From: Candidatus Krumholzibacteriia bacterium
GTDB lineage: Bacteria > Krumholzibacteriota > Krumholzibacteriia > WVZY01
Reading direction: 5' to 3'
Assembly: GCA_036478295.1 (NCBI GenBank)
Contig: JAZGDW010000120.1
Location: 1-20,463, forward strand
DNA: 20,463 nucleotides
Under the pieces are notes generated by a model that saw nothing but the letters and a program-made list of their open reading frames with translations, was not told where the DNA came from and made no database searches. Made by a program: the position numbers and the translations under genes. The first letter of the stretch is position 1, and every line of letters begins with the position of its first letter. Below are positions 7,215 to 15,800 of this stretch, piece by piece.

Positions 7215-9410
7215 TCAGCCTTCCTGGAGCCACTTCTCTATGTCGGTTCTCTCTGGATGGTCGGGATTGAGGTCGAGGCACCGCCGGAAATGCGCCTTCG
7301 CCTCTTCTTTTCGACCCAACACATAGAGGGTATAGCCCGCGTAATAATGTGCGGCATCGGAATCCGGCTGGGCCCTGAGTGCCGTCTCGAAATACGGTAG
7401 CGCCTGTTCGAACTCGTCCAGATTGCCGTAGAGGATTCCGTAGACGTAGTTCGTTCGATACCCGTCCGGGTCCAGCTCCCACACACCGCGAAAAAGCGGC
7501 ACCGCTCGCCGGAATGCCTGGTTGGCGTGCTCCTGCCGGTCGACTGCCTGCAGGGCCTCGCCGTAGTAGATCCAGTAGTTGACGTCTTGCGGTTTGTGCT
7601 CGAGGACGAACTCGATGTGCGGCAGGGTTTCTTCGTACCGCTCGCGCGCCCGCAATGCCTGCACGAGCCGCTCGCGAAAAAGAACCTTGTCGGGGCGCAG
7701 CCGCACCGCGCGGGCGAACGCAGCGGCCGCTGCCGGCATCTCGCCTCTGTCCCAGTGAACGAGGCCGAGCAGGTAGTAGGCGTTGTTGTTGCGGGGGTTC
7801 ACGTGCACCGCCTTCTCGAACCACAGCTGCGCGTCGTCGAGCGCCCCCTGCCAGCTGTACCACTTGCCGACCAGCACTTCGGTTCGTCCCAGGCCGAGGG
7901 GCAGCGTCTTCAGCCGTTCGAAACTGCGTTCCGAAGAGGCGTTGGTGGCCACCCAGGGCGCCGTGTGGTAGAGAGACACCAGCGCCGCGCAGGCGAGCAC
8001 AGGCATTGCCCGCCGGGCGCCGGGCAACCCATTTCCCAAAGACAGAAAAAGCCCAAGGCCCGCCGCGGTGCAGATGGGAGCGCCCGGGGCCAGCAGGTCC
8101 CAGTTGCGCGCGTACCCCAGGTTGGAATCCCCGGCGAGCCAGCTGACAGCGAGATACGCCGCACCCGCGACCATGAGATAGACATTCGCCGCGTGGCGTC
8201 CGGTACGTTTGACGAGGGCGGTTACGGCCGCGGGAACAAAAAGAAAAATCCCAAGGGGCCCGATCAGGAACTGCTCGTTGAAGAAATCGCGCAGGTGCCG
8301 CGTCGAGAGCATATAGCCCGGCGCGCCTTCCTGCCCGCGGGTCAGCGCCATGCCGGTGACATCGGCCAGCTCGGCGACGAGATGGTAACCGGGTTGATAT
8401 GCGGCGAAAGCCAAATCGATGCCCGCGAGCAGACCGAGTGTGAGCAGGAGGTCGCGGATCGTCCCCCGCCGCCTGCCGGGCGTCATCCACCCGTGGACCG
8501 CGAGCACGGCGAACGACGGCAGGAGAACGGCGGCGGAGAGGTGCAGCGCTATGCCGAGGAGAAGCGCACCCGCCGGCAGGACGAGCGGCGCCGCTCCGCG
8601 CAGGTAACGGAGCGAGAGCCACAGATAGAGCCCGGTGCCCAGCGCGTAGAAGGTGTAGTTTTCGACGTAGCCAAAGAAGAGCTGGATGTAGCCCTGGGCG
8701 AGGAGCACCAGCGCCACGAGAAACGCCATGGACGCCTGGGGGTCGCGCTTCCTTGCACCCGCTTCGGGCTTGTCGCGTTGAGGCTCGCCAGCGCGGCGCC
8801 GGAGCGCAGCCAACTCGCGGGCGAGCAGCCACACGACACCGGCGAACACAACTCCAAGCAGGACGCTCCCGAACGCCAGTGTGTCGCGGGCGACCAGGTC
8901 GCCCGACCGTTCACCGGCACCGAAGAATCCTCCGGTGAGCGCATAGATTTCGTGCTGGGCGAGCATGGTCAGCGGCTGGCGGGGATGAAACGCCTGGCCC
9001 GCGGGGATACTGTTGACGAGGACGTTGCCGTCACCGAGGTAGGTGTGACTGCTTCGCGCCAGCCACAGCAGCGCGGCGATGCCGGCCGCGGTCACCGTCC
9101 CAATCGTCGCCGGAAAACGGCGCAACCGTGGCAGATCGATCCCGAATGACAACCGCTCACCGACGGCCTGTGATTTGACTGCGATGAGAAGGGAGGCGGC
9201 AAGCAAAAGCGCCGTCGCAGAAACGAGCAGCGACGGCGCAAAGAAGGCGTAAAAGTGCACGCCCCAAAAAGAGTCTTTCAGTAGAAACGCACCGGCGACG
9301 TGCAGCCCCGCGGTCAGCGCCACGATGGCCAGCACCGTCCCCATGAAGGCCCGGTGGACGCGTGGTTGGTCGCGGGAACCGGCGGTGTCCTGTCGCGGAC
9401 GCTGGGTCAA
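7215..9410 (-). CDS. Polytopic membrane protein with C-terminal TPR repeats (possible GT-C-fold glycosyltransferase)
   Basis: About 500 aa with many hydrophobic helices (motifs YLGDG, FFGYVENY, ARNWDL), then clear TPRs (AYYLLGLVH, TNYVYGILY, AHYYAGYTLY...LNPDH). TTG start is uncertain. Confidence 0.8.
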   Translation of the reverse strand: MTQRPRQDTAGSRDQPRVHRAFMGTVLAIVALTAGLHVAGAFLLKDSFWGVHFYAFFAPSLLVSATALLLAASLLIAVKSQAVGERLSFGIDLPRLRRFPATIGTVTAAGIAALLWLARSSHTYLGDGNVLVNSIPAGQAFHPRQPLTMLAQHEIYALTGGFFGAGERSGDLVARDTLAFGSVLLGVVFAGVVWLLARELAALRRRAGEPQRDKPEAGARKRDPQASMAFLVALVLLAQGYIQLFFGYVENYTFYALGTGLYLWLSLRYLRGAAPLVLPAGALLLGIALHLSAAVLLPSFAVLAVHGWMTPGRRRGTIRDLLLTLGLLAGIDLAFAAYQPGYHLVAELADVTGMALTRGQEGAPGYMLSTRHLRDFFNEQFLIGPLGIFLFVPAAVTALVKRTGRHAANVYLMVAGAAYLAVSWLAGDSNLGYARNWDLLAPGAPICTAAGLGLFLSLGNGLPGARRAMPVLACAALVSLYHTAPWVATNASSERSFERLKTLPLGLGRTEVLVGKWYSWQGALDDAQLWFEKAVHVNPRNNNAYYLLGLVHWDRGEMPAAAAAFARAVRLRPDKVLFRERLVQALRARERYEETLPHIEFVLEHKPQDVNYWIYYGEALQAVDRQEHANQAFRRAVPLFRGVWELDPDGYRTNYVYGILYGNLDEFEQALPYFETALRAQPDSDAAHYYAGYTLYVLGRKEEAKAHFRRCLDLNPDHPERTDIEKWLQEG

Positions 9411-9446
9411 AGCCGCTTCTTTCTTGCCGTGCTCGTAATGGGTATC

Positions 9447-9797
9447 CTATGCACCGCGCCCGGCGCGCTTGCCCTGCCGGATCAGACTGCCGAGAGCCGT
9501 GAGGTGCGTCTCCAGCGCCATCCTACCGCGTTTTGTCAGGCTATACCAGCTTATGGGCTTGCGGTCCTGAAACGCCTTGCGAACCTTGAGGTAGCTCGAC
9601 TCCTCCAGCCGCCTGAGGTGCGCCCCCAGCGACCCGTCGGTTTCCTCCAGCAGTACTTTCAAGCGTTGAAAGTTGACGGCGTCGTTGCGCGCGAGGAGGA
9701 CGCAGATGCCCAACCGGACGCGGTGTTCGAGCAACTTGTCAAAACCCTCCATGCCTTTCCACGAGGGCCCATCGGATTCACTCGGCCGGCGCGACAT
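9447..9797 (-). CDS. Winged-helix DNA-binding transcriptional regulator (HTH_34-like)
   Basis: LLEHRVRLGICVLL...FQRLKVLLEETDGSLGAHLRRLEESSYL...K.F..RKP.SWYSLT..GR.AL..HL..L. Overlaps the 3' end of the upstream membrane gene. Confidence 0.88.
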   Translation of the reverse strand: MSRRPSESDGPSWKGMEGFDKLLEHRVRLGICVLLARNDAVNFQRLKVLLEETDGSLGAHLRRLEESSYLKVRKAFQDRKPISWYSLTKRGRMALETHLTALGSLIRQGKRAGRGA

Positions 9798-10347
9798 CGC
9801 TCCGGCCTCCCACGATGCCGGTGATGACCAGCGCCGCCGCCATGAGTATACCGACGAGGGTCCAGCCGTAGGCAGGGATGAAGAAAAGGGCCACGTACCC
9901 GGCCGCCATCAGGAGGCCGACCCACACCAGGGGCCGGTCGAGGTGGACGCCCGCCAGGAAGTAGCCGAACGCGATGACGAGCAATATTATCTTGTGAACC
10001 TCCGCCCACGCGACAGCACCGGTGGCTCCGAGCGGGACAGCCAGGAAAATAGCGACGAGCATTCCCGCCCAGTGCAAACCGTTGCGGACGCCCAGGTCGC
10101 GGCTCAGCTGCCCATGGCGGATGCTGTGGCGCCACCCGAGAAAAAAGCTCGCGACGCCTCCCAATGGGCCGGCCAGTGTCCAAAAGAGACCCACGGCATT
10201 GGGGGCGAAGTCCACGAGTGAAAAGCCCACGAGGCTGATCAACGCCCACATCAGGTAGATGCTGGTCGGAGACGGCCGCCGCTCCGATTTCCGAGCCAGA
10301 TCGCGGACGAAGCCGAGCCCGTCCTCCAATTCCTTCAAATTCGACAT
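9778..10347 (-). CDS. Six-TM hypothetical membrane protein, 189 aa, co-transcribed with the regulator
   Basis: AGGAGG RBS (10359-10354) before ATG 10347. Amphipathic N-helix LEDGLGFVRDLARKS followed by about six hydrophobic segments. Confidence 0.82.
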   Translation of the reverse strand: MSNLKELEDGLGFVRDLARKSERRPSPTSIYLMWALISLVGFSLVDFAPNAVGLFWTLAGPLGGVASFFLGWRHSIRHGQLSRDLGVRNGLHWAGMLVAIFLAVPLGATGAVAWAEVHKIILLVIAFGYFLAGVHLDRPLVWVGLLMAAGYVALFFIPAYGWTLVGILMAAALVITGIVGGRSDVAPAE

Positions 10348-10360
10348 TTCTTGCCTCCTG

Positions 10361-10404
10361 ATTAGAGTACTCTGTATATTAGAGTACTCTGGCGAAATTG
10401 TCAA
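10361..10404 (-). promoter_or_regulatory. sigma70 promoter with two palindromic operator copies
   Basis: TTGACA (10404-10399), 17 nt, TAATAT (10381-10376). ATTAGAGTACTCTG at 10361-10374 and 10378-10391, each containing the perfect palindrome AGAGTACTCT. Confidence 0.85.
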
Positions 10405-10538
10405 GTCTCTTTTTGTAGAGTTTTTGCAGGGGTGCGCGATCGACGGGGGGGTGCAGCAGGGGCCCGGCCCGATTCAGCGTCATGCAAAGGCGCGCCTCGA
10501 GTGCGGAGGAAAATCCTGCCGGTTAGTGCTCTCGAACG

Positions 10539-10554
10539 TGGCTCAGTATTTGCA
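10539..10554 (+). promoter_or_regulatory. Putative sigma54 (-24/-12) promoter upstream of the kinase gene
   Basis: TGGCTCAGTATTTGCA has GG-N10-GC with TTGCA and lies 130 nt upstream of ATG 10684. Confidence 0.6.
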
Positions 10555-10683
10555 TATGTCAAAGGAGCTAAAAGAGCGCGAGCACTCATCGCACGGGCCC
10601 CCAAGCCGGTATTCCGCCTGCGCGGACGCCGATTTGGGTACCTATTCGGCACTTGTTTCCGTTTGTGACGCCCTGATTGACTT

Positions 10684-13600
10684 ATGCCCAGTCTTCCATC
10701 ATCCCCCGGCGGCCCCCAGCCCTTTCTCCCTCGTTACGAGGTGGTTAGCCCCCTCGGCGAGGGTGGAGTCGGCACGGTCTATAAGGTGCGCGACCTCGAG
10801 GAGGGCTCCATAAAGGCCCTCAAGGCTCTGAAGCAAACGAGGAGCCAGAGTTCCCGCAACATTGAGCAGTTCGAGGACGAATACCGCATCCTAAGGAGTC
10901 TGCGTCACCCAAGCCTTCCAGAAGTGTTCGACTTCGGTGTCACCGCCGAGGCTACGCGCTACATGGTAATGGAGTTCGTGGAGGGCCGTTCGCTGGACCG
11001 CTACCACGGAACCCATCAAGAAGAAACCTGGATCTTGTTGTACCAGTTGGGTGAAGCACTGGCGTTCATTCACCAGCACGGGCTCCTTCATCTCGATCTG
11101 AAGCCCAGTAACGTATTGGTAACACGCACGAGAGCCTACGGCGGTGACGAAAAGCCCCTGGTCAAACTGCTGGATTTCGGGGTGAGCTACCGGCGCGATA
11201 CCGAGCGCAAGATAGCGACCGTGGGCACGCCCGGCTATATCGCCCCCGAGATGATCCGCGGTAATGAGCCGGTGACCCGCGCCGCCGATTACTATTCCTG
11301 CGGGGCCACCTTGTACCAACTCGTCGAAGGCCGCCTGCCTTTCGATGGTTCGGTGGATGAGGTGCTTCACGCGCACCAGTTCGAAGAGATCCGGTTTCGC
11401 ACTTCCAAAGCGGAGTACGCCGATCTGTATCCCCGAATCAAGCTGCTAATGGACAAAGACCCCATGAAGCGGCTCGAAGCGTTCGACGACTTCAGAAGCG
11501 CGATGACACTCAGGGCCGCTGCCGATCTCGAGCCGCTGCAAAAAGCCTATGCGATTGGGCACATCGATTCGTTCGGGTTGGTCGGAAAGAAAGATCTCTG
11601 GGATCGGCTCGGCCAATGGGTAGACGCCATCACGGTTGCACTCGTTGAGCGAAAGAGAGTTCAGGGGCTGTACGATTCCGCGTACTTTGGCCCGGAAGGC
11701 GAAGGCCAGCAAGAGATGGCAGGCGAGGCGTCGATGGCGGAAGACTATTTTTCGCGAACCAGGGGAACCTCAGCGGTAGGCGGACAGCTGGAAGTTCCGG
11801 TGGCCTTGGATACCGAAGCACTCACCAGGACCACGTTGAAGCTAGAGCAATACATCGCGGAGCATATGAAAGAGGCGTCCCCGGAGGATCAAGAGGAAAA
11901 AGAGCAGGCCGCAAAAAAAGTCAAAGAACCCCTGGCCAGAACCATTCTCATCTCTGGAGCGGGAGGAGCGGGAAAAAGTTTCGTCACCAACGCCCTGAAA
12001 GCGGAATTCCAGCTGCGGGGCGCGGGCGTCGCCATTCTAGGTGAAGGTGGAGACTACGAAGCGCTCGTCTCCACCCGCGGTGTTGCCGGAGCGGCAGTAG
12101 AAGCTATCGATCCACAGTCTATCATCATCGACCGCTTCGTCCAGGGATGGGATAACCTGATAGAGAGGGGAAAGCAACAGGGGATGGTTCTGATAGTGGA
12201 CGGCTTCGAGCGCCTACGCAAAGAGGTGAAGGAGTTCCTTGCGTACGTCAGCACACGCTGTGAGGTAATGATCGACGAGGGCACGGAGCCGGGGGTGTTC
12301 ATCGTGGTGACGGGCAAGAGCCCGCAGCTCAAAAAGGAGATCCGGGGATTGCTGCCGCACCGGCAGGCTGAAGAGCTCGTCATACCGCCACCCACCAGCG
12401 ATGACCTGGCAGATATTCTGGAACGGTTTCACGGCCACATGCCGGGTGTCGAAGACCGGCGGCGGTTGAAGGATTATCTGGCCAGGAACGGGCAGAGCAG
12501 TGGAGCCCTGCTGGCAAGGCTAAAAGAATCGGTGCTGCGCGGCGATCTGGTTCTTACCGGCGGCAAGTGGCGGTTCACGTGGACTCCAACCAAGACGCGA
12601 AAGCGAGACCTCCCACAAGAAGATTACTACCAGCTGTTGCTGGATGGACTAAGCGGTGGTGAGAAAGAGGTGCTCCACTGGCTAAGCTGCCACAGGGGGG
12701 ACCTCTTCGTGCACGAGCTTCTCGGGCTCACTGCGATGGAAAACTGGGAACTGCGGGACGCCCTCCAGACGATCCGGCCGTATCGAGTGGTCGAGGTGAC
12801 GAAGGATCGCGAAGGTGAGCGTATTCGGCTGGTGAGCGAGGCGGTGAGAGAAGGGTTCTACGAGGGCATAAGCCGCCAGGAGCGGGAGTCGCTACACAGG
12901 CAGTACCTGGAGTATTTTGCCGATAAGCACATCGATCCAGAACGTTCGCACAAGCTCTTGCTCTATCACTATGAGCAAGTGGGTGACTCGAAGCAGGCGC
13001 TAAAAACGCGGGTCAGGGTGATAAAGGAGATGAAACACGCGAAGGACATCTTCGGTATTCGGGAATACTGTGATGCCGGCATCGCGTTCATCAAGAGACT
13101 GGAGGCGGACAAGCGCGGGCGGCTCTCGTGGGGTCTCGAGCGGTACTTCATCAAACAATGGGTCGAAGCCGAGTGGATGGCCAACAGCAACCGGGCAGTG
13201 GTCGATGTGGTTAGGAGCCATATTGTGGGAAGGGGCAGAGAGATTCCGCTAAGTTTCTGCTACAAGTACGGGACAGCGTTGGAACGGTCTGGTGAGATCA
13301 AAGCGTGCAAAGAATTCATTGCCGCCACGAAACGACGGATACGCAACAAGTTCTCGGAGACCTACGCCCGTCTTCTTCTGCTGGAGGCAAGTGTGTTGCA
13401 CGCCACGGGCGCGTACGAATCTTCGGTGAAGGTACTGGCAAGAATAAATAAAGACAGTGCCGTGCTCGACTCCTTCACGCTCGCGAGTATATACATCGTA
13501 TACATGCTCAATTATGAATGCCTGGGCAACAAGGACCTTTACGACCGGTACTTGAGCGTGGGCGAAGATATCGCGGATCAAAACGGTCATTACGAACTTT

Positions 13601-14664
13601 CGCTAACGGCGAGTTACAGCAAGATTCTGTCGTTTCTGAACAACTCGCAGTACGAGAAAGCACGTGTGGCGCTGCGGGATTCTATCCGGCTGGCCACAAA
13701 GCACCGCGTATATCGGCGGCTGTGCTCGATGTACTTCCTTGCCAGCGCGGTCTATTATGAGGAGGGTAATTACAAGAAGGCGCTCAAGCACCTGGACAAA
13801 GCCATTAGCATCGCCCTCAATATGGGAATGATCGAGCTGATGAACGACCTGATGCTCCGCTACGCCCTCATTTACCAGAATCTTGGATACTATGAAAACG
13901 CGATCCATATCGCGGAGACAGTCAAGAACCAGGTATCCCGGGAATACCGGTCCGAGCAATACTTCTACTCGTTACTGGTCCTGTTTGACCTGCACATTTC
14001 CTTGAAGAACGAAAAGGCGGCGTTACTCAGGACCGAACTCGAACGGTTGAAACCCAATATCGAAGCAAAATACCGCCTTGCGCTGTATCATCTACTCTCC
14101 GGGGATTACTACTACCACCAAACACTCTACAGGGAGGCCCGGCAGGAGTATACCAACGCACGCAGCCTGTATGAAGCCATTGAATACGTGGACGACGTTG
14201 CGAGATGCACCATCAGGATGGCGCACACGCTCGTCCAGCAGAAACGGTATCGTAAAGCCGAACAGATCCTGGAGAGGATGGAATCCAAAATCAAGAGGAT
14301 GGAATCCAAGGATTTGAGGGCGGAGTTTTATATGGCGCATCTGGCGCTCTGCTGCGAACGCGGCGGCGACACCAGACAGCTTCTACAATATCTGGAGATT
14401 TGTGAGGAAGCGCGGGTGCTTATAAGCGACATTAATATCCTGATGAGAATGAACGCGCTTTTGTTCAGGGCGAATTTGAAATTAGGTGAGTTAGCGCGCG
14501 CGGTGATATTCTTCAAGTATTATCATGCTCAGGTGCGAGAAATTACCGGGAATCTGCCGAACCGTGACTACATCACTCAGTTCGTCAAAAGCAGGGAATT
14601 TCAAGCACTCGTCGAAGAGTTCCGGCAGATAGCAAAAAAATACCCAAATCAGCCAGTTCACTAG
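10684..14664 (+). CDS. Hanks-type Ser/Thr kinase fused to a P-loop NTPase (AAA_16/STAND-like), winged-helix and TPR-like helical region, 1326 aa
   Basis: Kinase motifs LGEGGVGTVYKV, ALK, HLDLKPSNVL, DFG, GTPGYIAPE, ADYYSCG. Walker A GAGGAGKS (11956-11979), Walker B LIVDGFE. TPR-like units such as YFLASAVYYEEGNYKKALKHLDKAISIA. No TM segment evident. Confidence 0.92.
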   Translation: MPSLPSSPGGPQPFLPRYEVVSPLGEGGVGTVYKVRDLEEGSIKALKALKQTRSQSSRNIEQFEDEYRILRSLRHPSLPEVFDFGVTAEATRYMVMEFVEGRSLDRYHGTHQEETWILLYQLGEALAFIHQHGLLHLDLKPSNVLVTRTRAYGGDEKPLVKLLDFGVSYRRDTERKIATVGTPGYIAPEMIRGNEPVTRAADYYSCGATLYQLVEGRLPFDGSVDEVLHAHQFEEIRFRTSKAEYADLYPRIKLLMDKDPMKRLEAFDDFRSAMTLRAAADLEPLQKAYAIGHIDSFGLVGKKDLWDRLGQWVDAITVALVERKRVQGLYDSAYFGPEGEGQQEMAGEASMAEDYFSRTRGTSAVGGQLEVPVALDTEALTRTTLKLEQYIAEHMKEASPEDQEEKEQAAKKVKEPLARTILISGAGGAGKSFVTNALKAEFQLRGAGVAILGEGGDYEALVSTRGVAGAAVEAIDPQSIIIDRFVQGWDNLIERGKQQGMVLIVDGFERLRKEVKEFLAYVSTRCEVMIDEGTEPGVFIVVTGKSPQLKKEIRGLLPHRQAEELVIPPPTSDDLADILERFHGHMPGVEDRRRLKDYLARNGQSSGALLARLKESVLRGDLVLTGGKWRFTWTPTKTRKRDLPQEDYYQLLLDGLSGGEKEVLHWLSCHRGDLFVHELLGLTAMENWELRDALQTIRPYRVVEVTKDREGERIRLVSEAVREGFYEGISRQERESLHRQYLEYFADKHIDPERSHKLLLYHYEQVGDSKQALKTRVRVIKEMKHAKDIFGIREYCDAGIAFIKRLEADKRGRLSWGLERYFIKQWVEAEWMANSNRAVVDVVRSHIVGRGREIPLSFCYKYGTALERSGEIKACKEFIAATKRRIRNKFSETYARLLLLEASVLHATGAYESSVKVLARINKDSAVLDSFTLASIYIVYMLNYECLGNKDLYDRYLSVGEDIADQNGHYELSLTASYSKILSFLNNSQYEKARVALRDSIRLATKHRVYRRLCSMYFLASAVYYEEGNYKKALKHLDKAISIALNMGMIELMNDLMLRYALIYQNLGYYENAIHIAETVKNQVSREYRSEQYFYSLLVLFDLHISLKNEKAALLRTELERLKPNIEAKYRLALYHLLSGDYYYHQTLYREARQEYTNARSLYEAIEYVDDVARCTIRMAHTLVQQKRYRKAEQILERMESKIKRMESKDLRAEFYMAHLALCCERGGDTRQLLQYLEICEEARVLISDINILMRMNALLFRANLKLGELARAVIFFKYYHAQVREITGNLPNRDYITQFVKSREFQALVEEFRQIAKKYPNQPVH

Positions 14665-14678
14665 CCGATTTGGGTATT
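14634..14678 (-). terminator. Intrinsic terminator of the ZU5-like lipoprotein gene, overlapping the last codons of the kinase
   Basis: Arms AATACCCAAATCAGC (14639-14653) and GCCGATTTGGGTATT (14664-14678) with one mismatch (G-U on the minus strand) and a 10-nt loop. A7 at 14634-14640 gives U7 on the minus strand. Confidence 0.7.
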
Positions 14679-14708
14679 CCCCAAAATGTCCCGTTCTCAT
14701 GTGGCCTA

Positions 14709-15326
14709 TTAGCCGCCGATCTCTCCGAACTTCGAAAAGTGACGTATCAACCCCCGGACCGTGTCAGGTCCCTGGGACGAGAGCATCTCGATCAGCTCCC
14801 ACTGACCCGTGTCCGGGTTGAGCCACGCGATATAAGTGTTCTTGGCCTGGCCCTCGGCAGTTGTTCCCGTCAAATCCATGCTAATAACAATCGGCTCCAG
14901 AAACACGAGCCCATCGGGGCCCAGATCAACAATCAAGCGTTCGGAGTTATCCGGTTTGATGTGGATGTTCGTGTCTTCTACAAGCGCGCCCGGCGGAAAG
15001 TCGAGCGTTACGATGCCGTTGGTCAACGTTCCTCCGAGTTCGGCGGATATCACCCCAGAAGCATCACCGCCATTACCGCCATCGCCGCCACCGCCACCAC
15101 CACCACCGCCGCCGCCGCCTCGGCCACGTGCCAGGTCGAGCGGTGCCGGATCGTCCTTGGAGGAAGTCAGAAACTGCACAAAGTTCGGGTTGAGAATCAC
15201 GTCGCCGGCCTTGGGTCCGTCGACCGAGATCGGAGACATCCGATCGGCGCAGCCCCAAAACGCGATGAGGACGGTGACACAGGCTAACAAGGGTAGGTAC
15301 TTGGACCAGAGTTTCACACGGGACAT
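14709..15326 (-). CDS. Lipoprotein with poly-Gly linker and ZU5-like domain ending in an HFS motif, 205 aa
   Basis: Lipobox FWGC; Gly12 run; ISAELGGTL...TLDFPPGAL..DT.I.I...LGPDGLVFLEPIVI...W...IRHFSKFGEIGG* follows the ZU5 pattern. Confidence 0.82.
   Translation of the reverse strand: MSRVKLWSKYLPLLACVTVLIAFWGCADRMSPISVDGPKAGDVILNPNFVQFLTSSKDDPAPLDLARGRGGGGGGGGGGGGDGGNGGDASGVISAELGGTLTNGIVTLDFPPGALVEDTNIHIKPDNSERLIVDLGPDGLVFLEPIVISMDLTGTTAEGQAKNTYIAWLNPDTGQWELIEMLSSQGPDTVRGLIRHFSKFGEIGG
15084..15119 (-). repeat. (GGY)12 trinucleotide run encoding Gly12
   Basis: Twelve consecutive GCC/ACC triplets on the plus strand. Confidence 0.9.
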
Positions 15327-15379
15327 TTCTTTAACCCCCCTTGGGATTGAGGTTTTCCGACAAGTTAGAGCCTATAAGG

Positions 15380-15394
15380 GCAAGCGGAATGCCA
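15380..15394 (-). promoter_or_regulatory. Putative sigma54 promoter of the ZU5-like lipoprotein gene
   Basis: Minus-strand TGGCATTCCGCTTGC (GG-N10-GC), 54 nt upstream of ATG 15326. An AT-rich IHF-like patch lies further upstream at 15468-15491. Confidence 0.7.
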
Positions 15395-15800
15395 CATTGG
15401 CGGTCAAGCGGCCGGCTAATGTTCGGGGAGGCACATCGAGGCGGTACCGCGTGAAGCCTCTAGCGTCTATCGTTTTGATTATTAATAGGTTGCGCCGCTG
15501 AATGCTTCACGTGCGGGACGCGTTGGATCGCGCGAGCGGCCTGGCAAAAACAGAAACGGGGTGACGTATCGAGTGGGTCCGTCGGCAATTGCCCCGCTCA
15601 TTTGAGAGTGGATTGCCGTACCTCTGCCGCACGTCGTTACTGGGACAGGGCCTAGCACTTCGTTGGCCGAAGATGGCCAGGGTGGGAAAGAAGCAAGAGT
15701 GAAGAACCAATTATTCCTGATCGTACCGTATTGCTTACGCGCCGTACTTCAAACACTGCATCGCGTGCCATAGTGGGCTCATGGGATACGCCTCTCTCAC

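Noticed and set aside
7153..9149. Long alternative ORFs 7153..8832 (-, 559 aa) and 7527..9149 (+, 540 aa)
   Set aside because: Arg/Pro/Ala-rich or antisense shadows of the GC-rich TM-TPR gene, with no motifs.
10259..10813. ORF overlapping the kinase start (MSKELKERE...)
   Set aside because: Runs across two promoter regions and out of frame into the kinase, with no recognisable domain.
14836..15501. Poly-Pro ORF on the plus strand
   Set aside because: Antisense read of the Gly12 run of the lipoprotein gene.
15755..15772. TGGCACGCGATGCA on the minus strand as a sigma54 promoter
   Set aside because: GG-to-GC spacing is 8 nt, not the required 10.
15500..15800. Possible small gene or ncRNA in the long intergenic gap
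   Set aside because: ORF 15507..15710 has no RBS or protein-like signal, and no recognisable RNA motif or strong hairpin was seen by eye.
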